Numbered from the whole stretch's first letter, positions 46,221-58,536 are shown. The stretch: DNA of 63,977 bases, filler included, from Cercozoa sp. M6MM (GCA_040357565.1; 11 parts of 11 records of this genome joined end to end with filler, not necessarily neighbours in it); one strand, 5' to 3'. Notes: a model not told the origin generated them from the sequence alone. Program-made: numbers and translations.

Positions 46221-46437
46221 CTCGCAAACAACAAGCACTCCCAGTCGACTAAATCTCGAATTTTCTTAGAGATCTCGGGCGACAAGAGCCTGCGGACACT
46301 GCGGGCGCCCACGTGCGCACAGGCCAAGCATCATCACTTCTAGCTGGCTACATATTTCTTTTTGGGAATCGTGAGATTACTTCAGGAGATTTTCTGAGTA
46401 GTGCAGAACTGTGCTGATACTCGCTGCGTGTGTTCAA

Positions 46438-46832
46438 ATGGAGGTTGTCTCAAGAAAGTAAGCCCAAGCTTGTATCAAAAAATCATCAAGGTCGCGATTC
46501 TTGGATTTGTTTTTTTTCGGCAGAGAAGTGGCGCGAGCTGACGCATGCAAGCTTCTCGCGTCTTTTATTCGGCGACAAGAGGTCGAGTTGCAGCAGTCGG
46601 GCGATTCCAGCAGTGCGCAGAACAACGTCGAAGCACTGGGTGCCGAGCGACTGGCACAGGACTCGCTGTCCTCGCTGAGGGTACCCCACTTAAACAGTTC
46701 CAGTGGTGTCGATCGTTGGATTCTTTGTAGCGCGTGCACACGTTTCTGATGCGCCGCGAGCAACCGTCGGGCATGACGTCGACGGTGGGTGCCACCAACG
46801 AGCAGATGCTGAGCGATGACGAGCAGTTTTAG
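46438..46832 (+). CDS. Small 3-exon protein (about 92 aa), possible RNA polymerase I A14-like subunit
   Basis: Clean GT-AG splicing gives MEVVSRKEVARADACKLLASFIRRQE...QDSLSSLRRVHTFL...SDDEQF. The CDS is well supported; its identity is tentative. Confidence 0.55.
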
Positions 46833-47013
46833 TTAATTTGTTACAGACTGACTCAGATTATGCAGTCTCCGCGGGGATGAACCCAGACAGACCAGTTGGT
46901 CTCCCATCATTGAAGTAAAAGAGAAAGGAGAGTTAAGAGTTTGTGGCTCTACGGTACTACTGCCCATAGAGCTGTGGCTGGACCTGTCTGAAAGCCTGTC
47001 CTGTAGATTGAGC

Positions 47014-47261
47014 CTGCCAGTTGGCAAAGAGAAAACCTCATCTACTTGGCATCAGCTGGTCAGTTGCTCTGCAGTTTGTACTGATATCCACCTCTACAAG
47101 TAAGCATTGACTGCTGTAGAGAGAAGGGGTTTTCTTGTTAAATCTTCTCACGATTTTCCCCGTGACGGAAGTTTCCGTCTACAACTCCGTCTAGTTTGAC
47201 GTAAGAACCCAGTTGGGGTAATTGTTCACTTCGCTTCTTCAAACTAAATCATTTGATTTCC
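47014..47261. repeat. Dispersed repeat family B, copy 1
   Basis: Reverse complement of 58296-58536 with few differences. Confidence 0.88.
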
Positions 47262-47624
47262 TCGCTTCGTCTAATTGACGACTTACTTCTTTTATTTAGT
47301 TCTTTTCAGACAACTGTCAGTAACAAATTACAGTAGTACGCTGGTCGGGCGAATGCGAGTTGACCTGACGCTTCAGTTCCTCCGTTGAACTGAAATGCCA
47401 AGTCCGTTTTTTCGGAAACTGAAAGGACTTACTTCAACACAAAATTAAGGAATTGCCGAGGATTATATCTCGTGATCTCGCAACCGATTTGGCCCTAAGT
47501 TACTCTAGTGTTTAATGCACACTACACCTTCACACGTCTAGCGCGGCAAATACGGTGTACGGCATACGCAAGCAGATCGTGGTTTGGTCGGGCCCGGCGC
47601 GGCGGGTTAAAGCTCTCACGCGAT

Positions 47625-49610
47625 CTAAGCAGGTTTGTGGAGCTTGGGGGCAATCAGTCCGCGCAGCATGTCGACCGTGTTACCGTCCGGGTGCAATTCG
47701 ATCACCTTATCGTCAGAGTCGCACAGAGTCGCTCGCAAGTAGCCTGAGCATGCCAGTGTTACTCTCACTTGGTCTACTTGTTAAGTTGGACAAGGCTTGG
47801 GGCGTACCACTTTCGGTGAGACCGGTGAGCACAGCATCGAAGGCTTCGCCCTGTGCGTCAGCGATGGTGACTCGCTGGCCCGAGTGCAGCCAGCGACCCA
47901 AGTAGGCGTCCAGGAAGGGCGCAAAGCCGCGTCGTTCGAACTGCCAGAGTGCCGGTTCAAGACGGTTCTGCAGTACCCATGTGTATCGGGGATACAGGAA
48001 GGCCGGATGACACAAGGGTAAGACATACACAAAACTCAGCGAGCAGGTCGTCACATCGCAGTGCTTTGGGGTCCTCTTGCTGTTGCAGTGGAGACACAAG
48101 GGTACAACAAACTCATTGAACTATACAAGTAAAGACAAGGAAGGTACAGGTGACACGGCATCGAGTCCCAAGAAGTCGTAGTTTCCTGCAAAGTCGCCTC
48201 GCAACACGGCGCTGTTTAGTGCCTGTTTAAAGGAGATTGCTGGGGCGGGGGGGGGGGAGGGTAATAACAAACGACTGTACAGCAGTAGGCGCAGAGTTGC
48301 ACACGTTGAGTCCAATGCCGACAATCTAAAGCAAGGATTAAAAAGACAAGGAGCATACAGAGTTGAGGACGACAAGTACCACGCGAAAGTCGCCACCAGC
48401 AAAGGCAGTGTCCGCAATGACACCGCCTACCTTGCAGTGTCGACCGAGCCAGAGGTCGTTGGGCCACTTGAGCGACACGAGACCCGGTGCACTCCTGGGT
48501 CGCAATGCGTCCACCTGGTAACATCATATCCGTACGATAACACACCCTACCTACCATATAAATTACAGAAACACACCGACTCGGCGAGAGTGAGAGCGAT
48601 CAGGTACTGCAGGAAGGGCAGATGCCGCGCACGGTGCCGAGGAATCCTGCACGACAGCGAACACAGCAGCGAGCCGCCCTTGCTCTACAACACTAGAGTA
48701 CTTCAACAAGCAAAATTAATAGACCTGGCACACACCTGCCAGACATTGCCACCGCGCCCTTTGCCTTTGGTCTGGTCCTGCCCAAACTCTCGATACAATG
48801 TCCCCTTTAATAGCACCCTTCCTCATGACTGATGGCCTGCGACTTGAGCAACGTACAGCAGCCAGAAAGAGTGTGCCGTCTGGAACTTTATCCATTTTGT
48901 TTGCCGCTGCCTGTTACATAGCTACTGCTGCACACTATTTGGCTTCCTTTCGTGTGTGTGTGTAAATGCACCAGCAACGTCTGGGTCGAGGAACATCGCT
49001 CTGAAAACAGGAAGAAACGCGCCAACTTTCGAGTACTCAGTTTGGACGCGAAACGATCCATCTGCGAAAACACACCATAGCAAAACGATAAAGCAGCATC
49101 TAGAACAGACACAAAGGTAACCTCAAAAAACGGTTGAGTCGAGCATGCAACGTCTTCGTACTGCTCGGGTACTTCGATACCTTCGGCCAGTCGGTTCGCC
49201 TCTGTGTGCCAAGCGCTTTCAGAATCACAAGCAACAATTATGCCCATTTAAAGAACGTACCCAAGTGATCCTGCACGACGCGCACCCGAGGAACCTTTTC
49301 GAGCTGTGTCGCGAGTTTGTTACTCGAAACCGCTTTCACGAGGAGGGGCTTGCCCTGCAGTCAGACGGTCATACTTGGGAACTCGCTCTTGGGTACATTC
49401 AGTAGTTGTACACAGGATTTTTCGAACGCGGCTCGGAGACCGTCGGTTTTGACTTCAGTGTCAGCGAGCAGTGAGGTCTGTGCACCCAACCACAAACAAC
49501 GGCATGAAGCAGCAAAAAAAAACAAAAAAACAAAAAAACAAAAAACATGTCCGGCGAGTCATTGCGAATACCACAAAGATCGTCTCATCCTCGGGATATA
49601 AAGCATCCAT
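47625..49610 (-). CDS. Biotin-protein ligase (holocarboxylase synthetase)
   Basis: CSSTQTLL, QTKGKGRGGNVW, LPFLQYL, KWPNDL, YLGRWLHSGQRV, ELHPDGNTVDMLRGLI. Confidence 0.9.
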
Positions 49611-49795
49611 ATTCCCGAATATGTGCAAATTGGATCCACTAAAGTGTGTACGAGCGCTTATACACTGTAACAGGCGTTCTCTTAATTTGAGCCACAAATA
49701 CTGGGTCATCAGAGCCGAAGCCAGAGAGTGCTGTGAGAGCTCTAAAAACGACTGCCCCGGTGCGCAAAACAGCAGGCTTGATAGAGTAGATAACA

Positions 49796-51282
49796 ATGAA
49801 CCAGCTTGAGCAATTGAAGCAGTTCAGCACCGTGGTGGCTGACTCTGGTGAGTTCGCGACGCTCGCGCAGTTCGGCGCCGAGGTATTTTTTCCCCGTGAC
49901 ATTTGTGCTACAGGGTCTGCACGCGTGTACACCTATCTTAGGACGCGACGACAAACCCTTCCCTGATCCTGAAGGCCGCGCAGATTGACGAGTACCGTCC
50001 TCTGAGTGCGTTCTCAACTCAGATTTCTCGCCTCGCGTTTGATCGTAATACAAGCAAGTGTATATCTGTGCAGTTGAGGAGGCCGTCGAGTACGCCAAGA
50101 GCAAGGATGCCGAGAACCCGTTGTCGCACGCCATGGACAAGGTAGTCTGTGCGCCTGCTGTCACGGGATGTGTGTTTCACTTTTAACGCTCCAGGTGTCC
50201 GTGAACTTTGGCCTCAAGATTCTCGAGATCGTGCCGGGTGTCGTGTCGACTGAGGTGTGCTGATCCAACAGAAAAAGGAGGAACAACCTATTCAGTTTCT
50301 GCTGGTGTGTTTTGTGTAGATCGACGCGCGTCTGTCGTTTGACAAGGATGCGTGCGTGAAGAAGGCGCTCGAGATCATCGCGCTCTACGAGCAGGCCGGC
50401 ATTCCGCGCGAGCGTGTGCTCATCAAGATTGCTTCCACGTGGGAGGGCATCCAGGTAGTTCAATGCCGAACCTTTGCCGGTTCTGTTTTCGTGATGTTGC
50501 GTTGCTGTAGGCCGCCCGTGAGCTGCAGAGCAAGCACAATGTGCGCTGCAACCTGACGCTCATGTTCTGCCTGGCTCAGGTAGGAGCAGCTTTGATGTTT
50601 GTTCCCGCTCCCTGTGTGTTTGTACGTCGGCTGAATTCAGGCTGCTGCGGCTGCTGAGGCTGGCGCCACGCTGATCTCGCCGTTCGTGGGCCGCATCACG
50701 GACTTCCACAAGCAGAAGCAGGGCGTCGACGCCTTCGAGCCCGAGAGCGACCCAGGTGTGCTGTCGGTACGTGCCATCTACGCCTACTACAAGAAGTACG
50801 GCTACGACACGGTCGTTATGGGCGCGTCCTTCCGCTCGAAGGAACAGGTGCTCGCTCTGGCTGGTAACTACCGCTAGTGCTTTTTTATTTTACCCCCCCC
50901 CCCCCCTCCGCTACCCTTCCTGGTGTAGGCTGCGACAAGCTCACGGTGGCACCCAAGCTGCTGACGGCCATGTCGCAGTGCAACGACTCGGTGGAGCAGA
51001 AGCTTTCGCCTTCTGCTGAGGTAGTTACTGCACCAGGCACCTCTGCTGAGGTAGTTTATGCTATTGTAGGTCGAGGTGCCTGAGAAGCTTGACTCGTCGG
51101 AGTCTGCCTTCCGCTGGGCCGTCAACGCTGACCCGTGTGCTGTCGTAAGTCTGGATCCTCTTGCCCTCATCTCTTTTGTTTTGTGAGCATTTTGTGTGGT
51201 GCAGGAGAAGCTCAGTGACGGCATCCGCCGCTTCGCTGCCGACACCGAGAAGCTCGAGAAGCTTTTGTCGGACATGCTTTGA
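49796..51282 (+). CDS. TAL1: Transaldolase
   Basis: [87 protein letters not shown]. Confidence 0.97.
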
Positions 51283-51676
51283 ATTCAATTGAATCACGAA
51301 GAATAACCAACGCAGCCTGTCTAAATCGCGCATAGTATATTCTTTCTTTACCCAGCCGGGATTCCGATCTAATCAAGAATCTAAACTTTCAATGTATCTT
51401 CTGAGCGGACCCAAGTGATCGCTCCATTTGTTTAATATTCATGTTTAAGTGCCATGCCCGGCGCTCCGATGTTGCTTGGAAGAAGCAAGACTATAGACAG
51501 GAGCACGGCTCACACGTAAGCTTAATTAGTCTTGGCGCATTTTTTCTGTGCCAGTCGCGCACAGAAAGAAAATTCTCGGGGAACTCTCTCCGAATTAAAA
51601 CAGTGTTTTGATTTTGTCTCTTCTGGTGATGTTCTAACTTTGTTTATCGCGTGGATTGAATGCAAAACAGTCGATT

Positions 51677-54600
51677 ATGTCGTCGCTTTCAAAAAAGATC
51701 GCAGAGATCGAAGAAGAACTCTCGCGAACACAACGGTAACTCGATTGCTCAACCAAGTCAGACTGGCGTTGCATGACAGTGCTTTTGGTTCAGGAATAAA
51801 GCGACAGAGAAGCATGTAGCTAATCTACGCGCAAAGCTTTCGGACCTACGGCGTCAGTCGCAGCGGCACAAGGTGGCAGCGGAGCGCAAGGCGACTCACC
51901 GCACAGCGACAGCGACGCAGTTCGCCGACAAGCACGGCGCCTCGATGTCGTCACTGGTACGCGTTTCTTGCACAGTCGAGCAGACGAACAAGCAACTGAA
52001 CAACCGATCAATGTGAACGTAGGGCGGATTTGGTGGCTACAGCGGTTCCGAGCGTGTGGCGCATACGGCTCAATTCGTACTCTTTTTGTTTTATAGCATG
52101 GTGGGTCTGTCTGTAGCCCAGTATACATGTGTGGCTACAGGCTGCGCTGGGTGGTACGGCCACCGAGTTCGACCTGGACTTTGTCGATGCCAGCGGCGAC
52201 GGCGAGGTCGACGTGTGTCTGCGCCGACTGGGCAAGAAGGACGCCAAGACGAAACTGCGCGCACTCAGCGAACTCACACGCACACTCTCGATGCGCAAGG
52301 GTACCCACCTCCTGGACGCTTCCTTAACAATATAATTTGCGTCCTTAAATACTTGTGTGCACCCCTTAACTATCGTTGTGCACCTTTAAACGCGAGGGAA
52401 TGTAGCCAAAGGTCTGCGCAAGGTGGCACCAGGTGTCATCACCATGTTTCGTCGACTCGCCTGGGACAACGATGACAGGGTACCTTACCTGCTGTACATA
52501 TGGACACGTGGGGTACGTATGAAGGACGTCTGGACTGAGTGGTACATTTGTACACACATTGGGACAGGTCAGGACAGCTGTGTACGGGCCGTTTGGCGTC
52601 TGGCTCGCCGGCATCGGACGACACGCAGCGCCGCACCTCAACGACGTCTTTGTGCACTGGTACTGCACTGCGCTCGAATGGACATACCAATGTGTGGCTA
52701 CGCTCTGTACAAGTACCGGTCTGTACAAGTACCGGTCTATTTGTACAAGTGTATGTGTGGTGTAGGTGGTCACACCGGTGCGACCCATCGCCAGAGGTGG
52801 CGCAGGCCGCGAATCAGGTGCTGGACGAGGTCTTTCCGGACGCACCGTCCAGGTAGTCAGCGATAACTGATCGATCATTGACCGATCACTGATCGATCAG
52901 TATGGAACCGTCAGACACCTTTCTGTGTAGTAACGATGACGGCAGTCGGCGAAGGAACCTGCTGCGTTTCGTGCGTCGTGGTACATTCCTCATCTAGCGA
53001 GGGGGAGGGGGTAAAGAGGTAGAGTAGGGTAGAGAAGGTAAAGAGGTGGGGTAAGAGAAGGGGTAGAAGAGGGTATGGGGGAGAAGAGAGGGGTAAGAGG
53101 GGGGGGGGTAAGTCTCTGGAGACCTCGGATGCAGGCTACCTGAGAGAGCTGCGCCGCGTGGTGCTGGCGTCGCCGCAGACGCTGTCGCCGCCGAATGCGT
53201 CGCCGCAGGTGCGTGCGCATGTCCGCGCGGAGCCGACTCGGTGGTCACATGTGTCCCTCTGTATGTACATGTGTACAGGAGCGGAAGCAGCGGTACGAAC
53301 GCGTCGTGTCGAGTGCGCTCAAAGGTCTCGCCGAATTCGTGGCCGATTCCGACGAGGTTCAGTCGGCCGTGCAGACTTACGGCGGTACTCTTTGACCCTT
53401 TGCCCCTCCCCCCTATAGCCTGTCCTTTACCCACCCCCACCCCTTCCATTACCGCCTACCCTTTACCTCTCCCCGTACCCAGAGGAAGAGGAGAATATGG
53501 CAGCCTCGCTGGTGGACTGGGTGGATTCGGAATTGCGCTCACTGGCCACGTGCAAGTACACGCATCTCTCTCAGTCACTGTGCACGTGGTCACTGTGCAC
53601 GTGGTCGCTCTATTGACGGTGTGTGTAGGTACGTACGTGTGCGAGCCTCGATGTACGACCTCGTGTCGGCGCTGTGTCGCTGCTGCGCACGTGTCATCAA
53701 CACCGACGACCGACTGGCGTAACCGTTTTGTCACTCTCACTGGGACACGTGCCAACTGGGAGACACGTGTGTGTGTGTGTGCAGTAAGTTCGCGCCACTG
53801 GTGTTTGGCGCACTCGCCGACAGCGCGCCGCAGTGCCAGCCGTCGCTCTGGCGAATGCAGGTACCCTCTGTCCTTTTGGACCGCGTCGTCCGTCTGTACA
53901 GTCTGTTTGTACCTACTCCTGGACACATGCACACATACACAGGTGACACTGCTGCGCGTATGTCCGACTGCCTTTGAGTTCGTGCCGTTCCAAGAGGTGG
54001 CACAGCGACTCACGAAACTCGTGTCCGGCTCGATTCGAGGTGCCTCACGTTGTTTTTTATTTTTGTATTGTCCCACATCCGCGCGGATGACTGAAAAAAC
54101 GAAAAAGAAAATAAAAACCTAGGCCGGCACGGAGCGCTGGTGCTGCAGTGTCTGCTGCCGTTTGTGGTGCATGCTCGGGTGCCCGAAGCGAGGTGCTCTT
54201 TGTGTACATGTATGTACGTATGTATATGTATGTGCGTATGACAGGGACAGCATGTTATGTGTATGTATGTATGTATGTATATGTATGTATGTATGTACGT
54301 ATGTATGTCCGTATGCATGTATATGTATGAGTGTATGAGTGTATGTATGTATATGTATGTGTGTATGTAAATGTATGTATGTATGTATGTATATGTATGT
54401 NNNNNNNNNNTATGTATGTATGTATGTATATGTATGTATGTATGTATATGTATGTATGTATGTATGCATGTATGTTGGTAGGTATATGTGTGTATGACAG
54501 GGACAGCAAGTTCGTGCGGCACATGCTGACGCTGGTGTGGCCGCGCGGACGCGCCAGCGTGGCGTCGTCGGACGCGGCGGTGCGCTGCTTCTGCGAGCTG

Positions 54601-56315
54601 TGCTTCTTCTGGGCGCAGCACGCTGCCGAACACGGTGTGTTTACCCCCCTGTTTACCCCCCCCCCTGTTGACCCCCTGTTTGCCCACTGTTGATCCCTCT
54701 GTTGATCCCCCCTGTGACCCCGCGGACAGAGGACGCGGAGCTGGGCGAGGCGGTCCGCGCGGAGTTCTGGAGTCGGTTCGAGGCGGTGCCGGTCCGCGCG
54801 GCGCTGTTCCGCGTACTGCGCGAGCTGCTGCCGCGGCAGAGTGACGAGGCCGCCGTGAGACTGCTGGGACTGCGCACGCGCGCACTGGCCGAGCTGCGTG
54901 GCCACGTGGCACTGGCCGCCGCCACTGACAGTGATCACAGTGATCGATCAAGTGATCTCACTAGTGATCATGCCAGTGATCATACTGATCACACGGATCA
55001 CACTGATCGATCGAGTGATCGAGAGAGGCACGTGCGCAAGAAACTCACGGCGCTGCTGCTGCCGGCGCTGCTGCTGCGCGAGCAGTCGGGACAAGTGGTG
55101 CCTTTACCCCTCTCCCCTACCCCCTACCCTCCCCTACCCTACCCCCCTACCCTCCTTGCCCCCTACCCTACCCCCCTACCCCCACACTAGGAGGAGGACG
55201 CCAAGGAGGCCGTGCGTATCTTCACGGACCTCGTGCTGCATACGTCGGTACTCAAGCATAGACTGATCGATCACGGGTGATCATGCGATCACGGTGGTCA
55301 CTTGTGATCGATCACTAGTGGTCACATGTGTCTCTGTATCCGCAGGAGGACCGCGCGGAACTGCGCGAGGCGCTGAAAACCGTCGTGTGCGCCTGGCAGC
55401 GGCCGTCGCGTCTCCTGTCCGGTATACACGCGCGCTGTCCGTTTGGACGGGGTCTGTTTGTACGGGGTCTGTTTGGGCGGGTCCATTTGGACGGGGTGTC
55501 TATTTGTACACACCTGTGTAGCCGACGGTAGCCACCTGGCCGAGGTGCTGGTGTCGGGCGACGTGTGGTCCTTCGCGTCGCCGCAGCAGACTGCCGACAG
55601 GTTTACCCCCCCCCCCTCCCTACCCCTCTACCCCCTACCCCTTACCTCTCTACCCCTTACCTCTCTACCCCTTACCTCTCTACGCCTTACTTCTCTACCC
55701 CTTACCTCTCTACCCCTTACCTTTCTACGCGTACCCCTACCCCTACGCCTAACCTTTACCCATCCCACCCCTCGGACAGGATCGAGATGCTGGCGCATGT
55801 GCTGCGCGAGAGGACGGACGTCGTGTGGCGCCTGCTGCCGCGTCTGTCGACGTGGCCGCTGTCGCCGCTGGCGCGCCTGCTGACGGCGCTGGCGTAGTTT
55901 TACCCCCCCCCCTTACCCCCTTTACCCCCCCCCCCCTTTACCCCCCTGTCGCAGTCGACAGGGTGAGCCGAGTGAAGGCGAGGAGTTGTTGCGACAGGAA
56001 CAACTCATGCAGCGACTGCTGCGCCGTGCCGCCACTGCAGAGGGTAGTTTACCCTCCCCCCCCCATCCCATTCATACCCTCTTAACCCCTTGCTACCTAG
56101 CACACGCCTTTGCAAGGGCGGTACGAGCGTTGTTGCTGTTGTTGCCGCATCCTCTGCGTGTCGACTGTGCCACCATACTCGTGGTATACCCTCTACCCTA
56201 TCCTCTTTACCCCTACCCCTACTCCTACCCTACCACTTGGGCTGTACGGACAGGACACTCTGCGTGCTGCTGCGGTGGAAAACGACGTCTCCACTGCGCT
56301 GTGTGCTGCACGTTG
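51677..56315 (+). CDS. LTN1: Listerin E3 ubiquitin ligase, N-terminal part, with a DRG-like N-terminal extension (3' truncated)
   Basis: GFGGYSGSER, CLRRLGKKDAKTKLRALSEL, FRRLAWDNDDRVR, APHLNDVFVHW, CDPSPEVAQAA...FP, RYERVVSSAL match the LTN1 N-terminal domain. Confidence 0.88.
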
Positions 56316-56437
56316 GTAAAGTTATGCCCCCCCTTTTNNNNNNNNNNNNNNNNNNNNNNNNNNNNNNNNNNNNNNNNNNNNTTAATTAATTAANNNNNNN
56401 NNNNNNNNNNNNNNNNNNNNNNNNNNNNNNNNNNNNN

Positions 56438-56479
<42 letters not shown>

Positions 56480-56513
56480 CCTCGTGTAAACACACACCCA
56501 CAATGAGCCTACC

Positions 56514-56875
56514 GGTGTTGGCGACAGTGCTAGCACGCTGCGGAGTCTGCATGCCAGCCATGCTGCCAGCACTGGTGCCTAGAGTGAGGCTGCGGCCACT
56601 CAAGTTGCTATGATTGATGACGCTCTCGTTCCGCGCGGTCGCAGCGTCCTTGTCACCAGAGGAATCAGTCGCGACATCCGCCTCCTTCTTCTTGGACTGC
56701 GTCGCAAACATGAGCAGCGGCACTATCGCCCGTGAAGTCGCTGACTGTCAGAAACGACATGCATAACACAGGCAGCAGAAACGAATCCTCAGCGTACCTT
56801 CGAACGCTGCCGTCTCAGCGTCAACGCAAAGCTGCGACGTTCTTTTTTTGACTTCTTCGCACTTGCTACTTCCAT
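56514..56875 (-). CDS. 5' part of an unidentified gene
   Basis: Two exons splice to MEVASAKKSKKERRSFALTLRRQRSKSATSRAIVPLLMF... Confidence 0.45.
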
Positions 56876-57000
56876 TCGCCTTTATCGTAATATTATGCCT
56901 TACTACAGCCACTTTCGCTTGCACGGCCAACAGCCGGATTCGCTTTTCCTGCCTAACCGTTAAAACCGCGCGTTGTGGCTATCATGCAATCACTCTCCCA

Positions 57001-57024
57001 GCCAATCACAGAACACCAATCAGA
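57001..57024. promoter_or_regulatory. Tandem CCAAT boxes in a divergent intergenic region
   Basis: GCCAATCACAGAACACCAATCAGA lies between divergent starts at 56875 and 57240. Confidence 0.35.
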
Positions 57025-57239
57025 ACATAGCTTACCCTCGCACGTTCTGTGAATAATCAAGCGTTTCAGTGCACACGCTCGAAGTGGGCAACAGAACGAT
57101 CTTCTCTGGTCCGGAGGGACAGATAGACCGTTTATTCTGTACTGTACGCGCCCACCAAAATAATAAGATTATTCGAGCAGCTCTCCGCTACGAGCCATAC
57201 AGTATAGGGAGCGTGCCACAAGTGTGCAAACACTCGCGG

Positions 57240-58123
57240 ATGTTGCGCCACGGTATGCGTAACGGCGCCAGGCACGTCGCTCGCCTGCGTCGTGTGCGCA
57301 TCGAACAATGCCGCGCCCTGGTGCGTTTCTCCAAGCAGCAGGAGCGTCTGGCGTCTGTGTGGAGTTGTTGTTGTTGTCGGCAGGTGAAGACTCAAGTGCG
57401 CTGGTTGTCGACGGAGAGCTCAGTGAAAGACGGCGCCGTTCTGCCGGGTACCTTGCCCGTTGTTTGTTGGTGTCGATACATGCCTGTATGTGAGGTCATG
57501 TGTCTGTTTGGCGTAGCCGATCTGGACGCAATGAGTTCAAAACGCGAGGACCTCGACGAAGAGGAGGAGGATGATCTATCCGTATCAAGGCATATGAACC
57601 AAAACGAGACTGGTGATAGTCGTAAGAACCATACCTTCGTGGCACGTGTGATCTCCGAGGACGAACTTGCACGCCTCGATGATGACGAGGTGCATGATTT
57701 CCGAGCTGTCCATATGCGTGTACAATCAGTAGTCCATATGTACACTTCAAACAGGACGATCGGTACGTCCACGCGGACCCTGAGGTTGAAGCGCGGCAGC
57801 ACGAACTGCGCGAGTTCGCGCGTGAGCGTGAGCGCCGCCGACAGCAGCTCTACCTTGACAAGAGTACACTCACTCCATCTAAGAGTCTAAAGGGTAGGAG
57901 GTGAAACGTTGTGCTTACACAGAGAAACAAAAGCGCAACAAGCACCTCCGACAGCGAGAGCTCGGTCTGCGCAAGCGCGATCGCATTCTGCGCGCGCAGC
58001 GCGAGGTAGTCTCCTTGTTTACCCCCCCCCCTTCTTACTACCAATTATTGCTCTTGTGCACAGGCGGAGAAGGCACAGGTTTACCTGGCGAATATTGATC
58101 CCAGCATGAGTCAAGAGATTGAG
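57240..58123 (+). CDS. Putative mitochondrial RRM-containing protein, 5' part
   Basis: Arg-rich presequence MLRHGMRNGARHVARLRR...RWLST, acidic and coiled regions, then RNP2-like VYLANID just before the contig end. Confidence 0.5.
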
Positions 58124-58295
58124 GTATCACCCGTCTCCATTTATACAGGTATATATATATATAGACAGATATATATATATATGTATATATATATANNNNN
58201 NNNNNNNNNNNNNNNNNNNNNNNNNNNNNNNNNNNNNNNTTAATTAATTAANNNNNNNNNNNNNNNNNNNNNNNNNNNNNNNNNNNNNNNNNNNN

Positions 58296-58536
58296 GGAAT
58301 CAATGATTCAGTTAGTAGAAGCGAAGTGAAGAATTACCCCAACTGGGTTCTTACGTCAAACTAGACGGAGTGTAGACGGAAACTTCCGTCACGGGGAAAA
58401 TCGTGAGAAGATTAAAAACCCCCTTCTCTCTGCAGCCAATGCTTGCTTGTAGAGGCGGATGGATATCAGTACAAACTGCAGAGCAACTGACCAGCTGATG
58501 TCAAGGAGATGAGGCTTTCTCTTTGCCAACTGGCAG
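58296..58536. repeat. Dispersed repeat family B, copy 2 (inverted)
   Basis: Reverse complement of 47014-47261. Confidence 0.88.

Noticed and set aside
49796-51282. Nuclear stop-codon reassignment or non-canonical introns
   Set aside because: Apparent in-frame stops resolve as GT-AG introns in the genes checked, and TAA, TAG and TGA all end conserved proteins.
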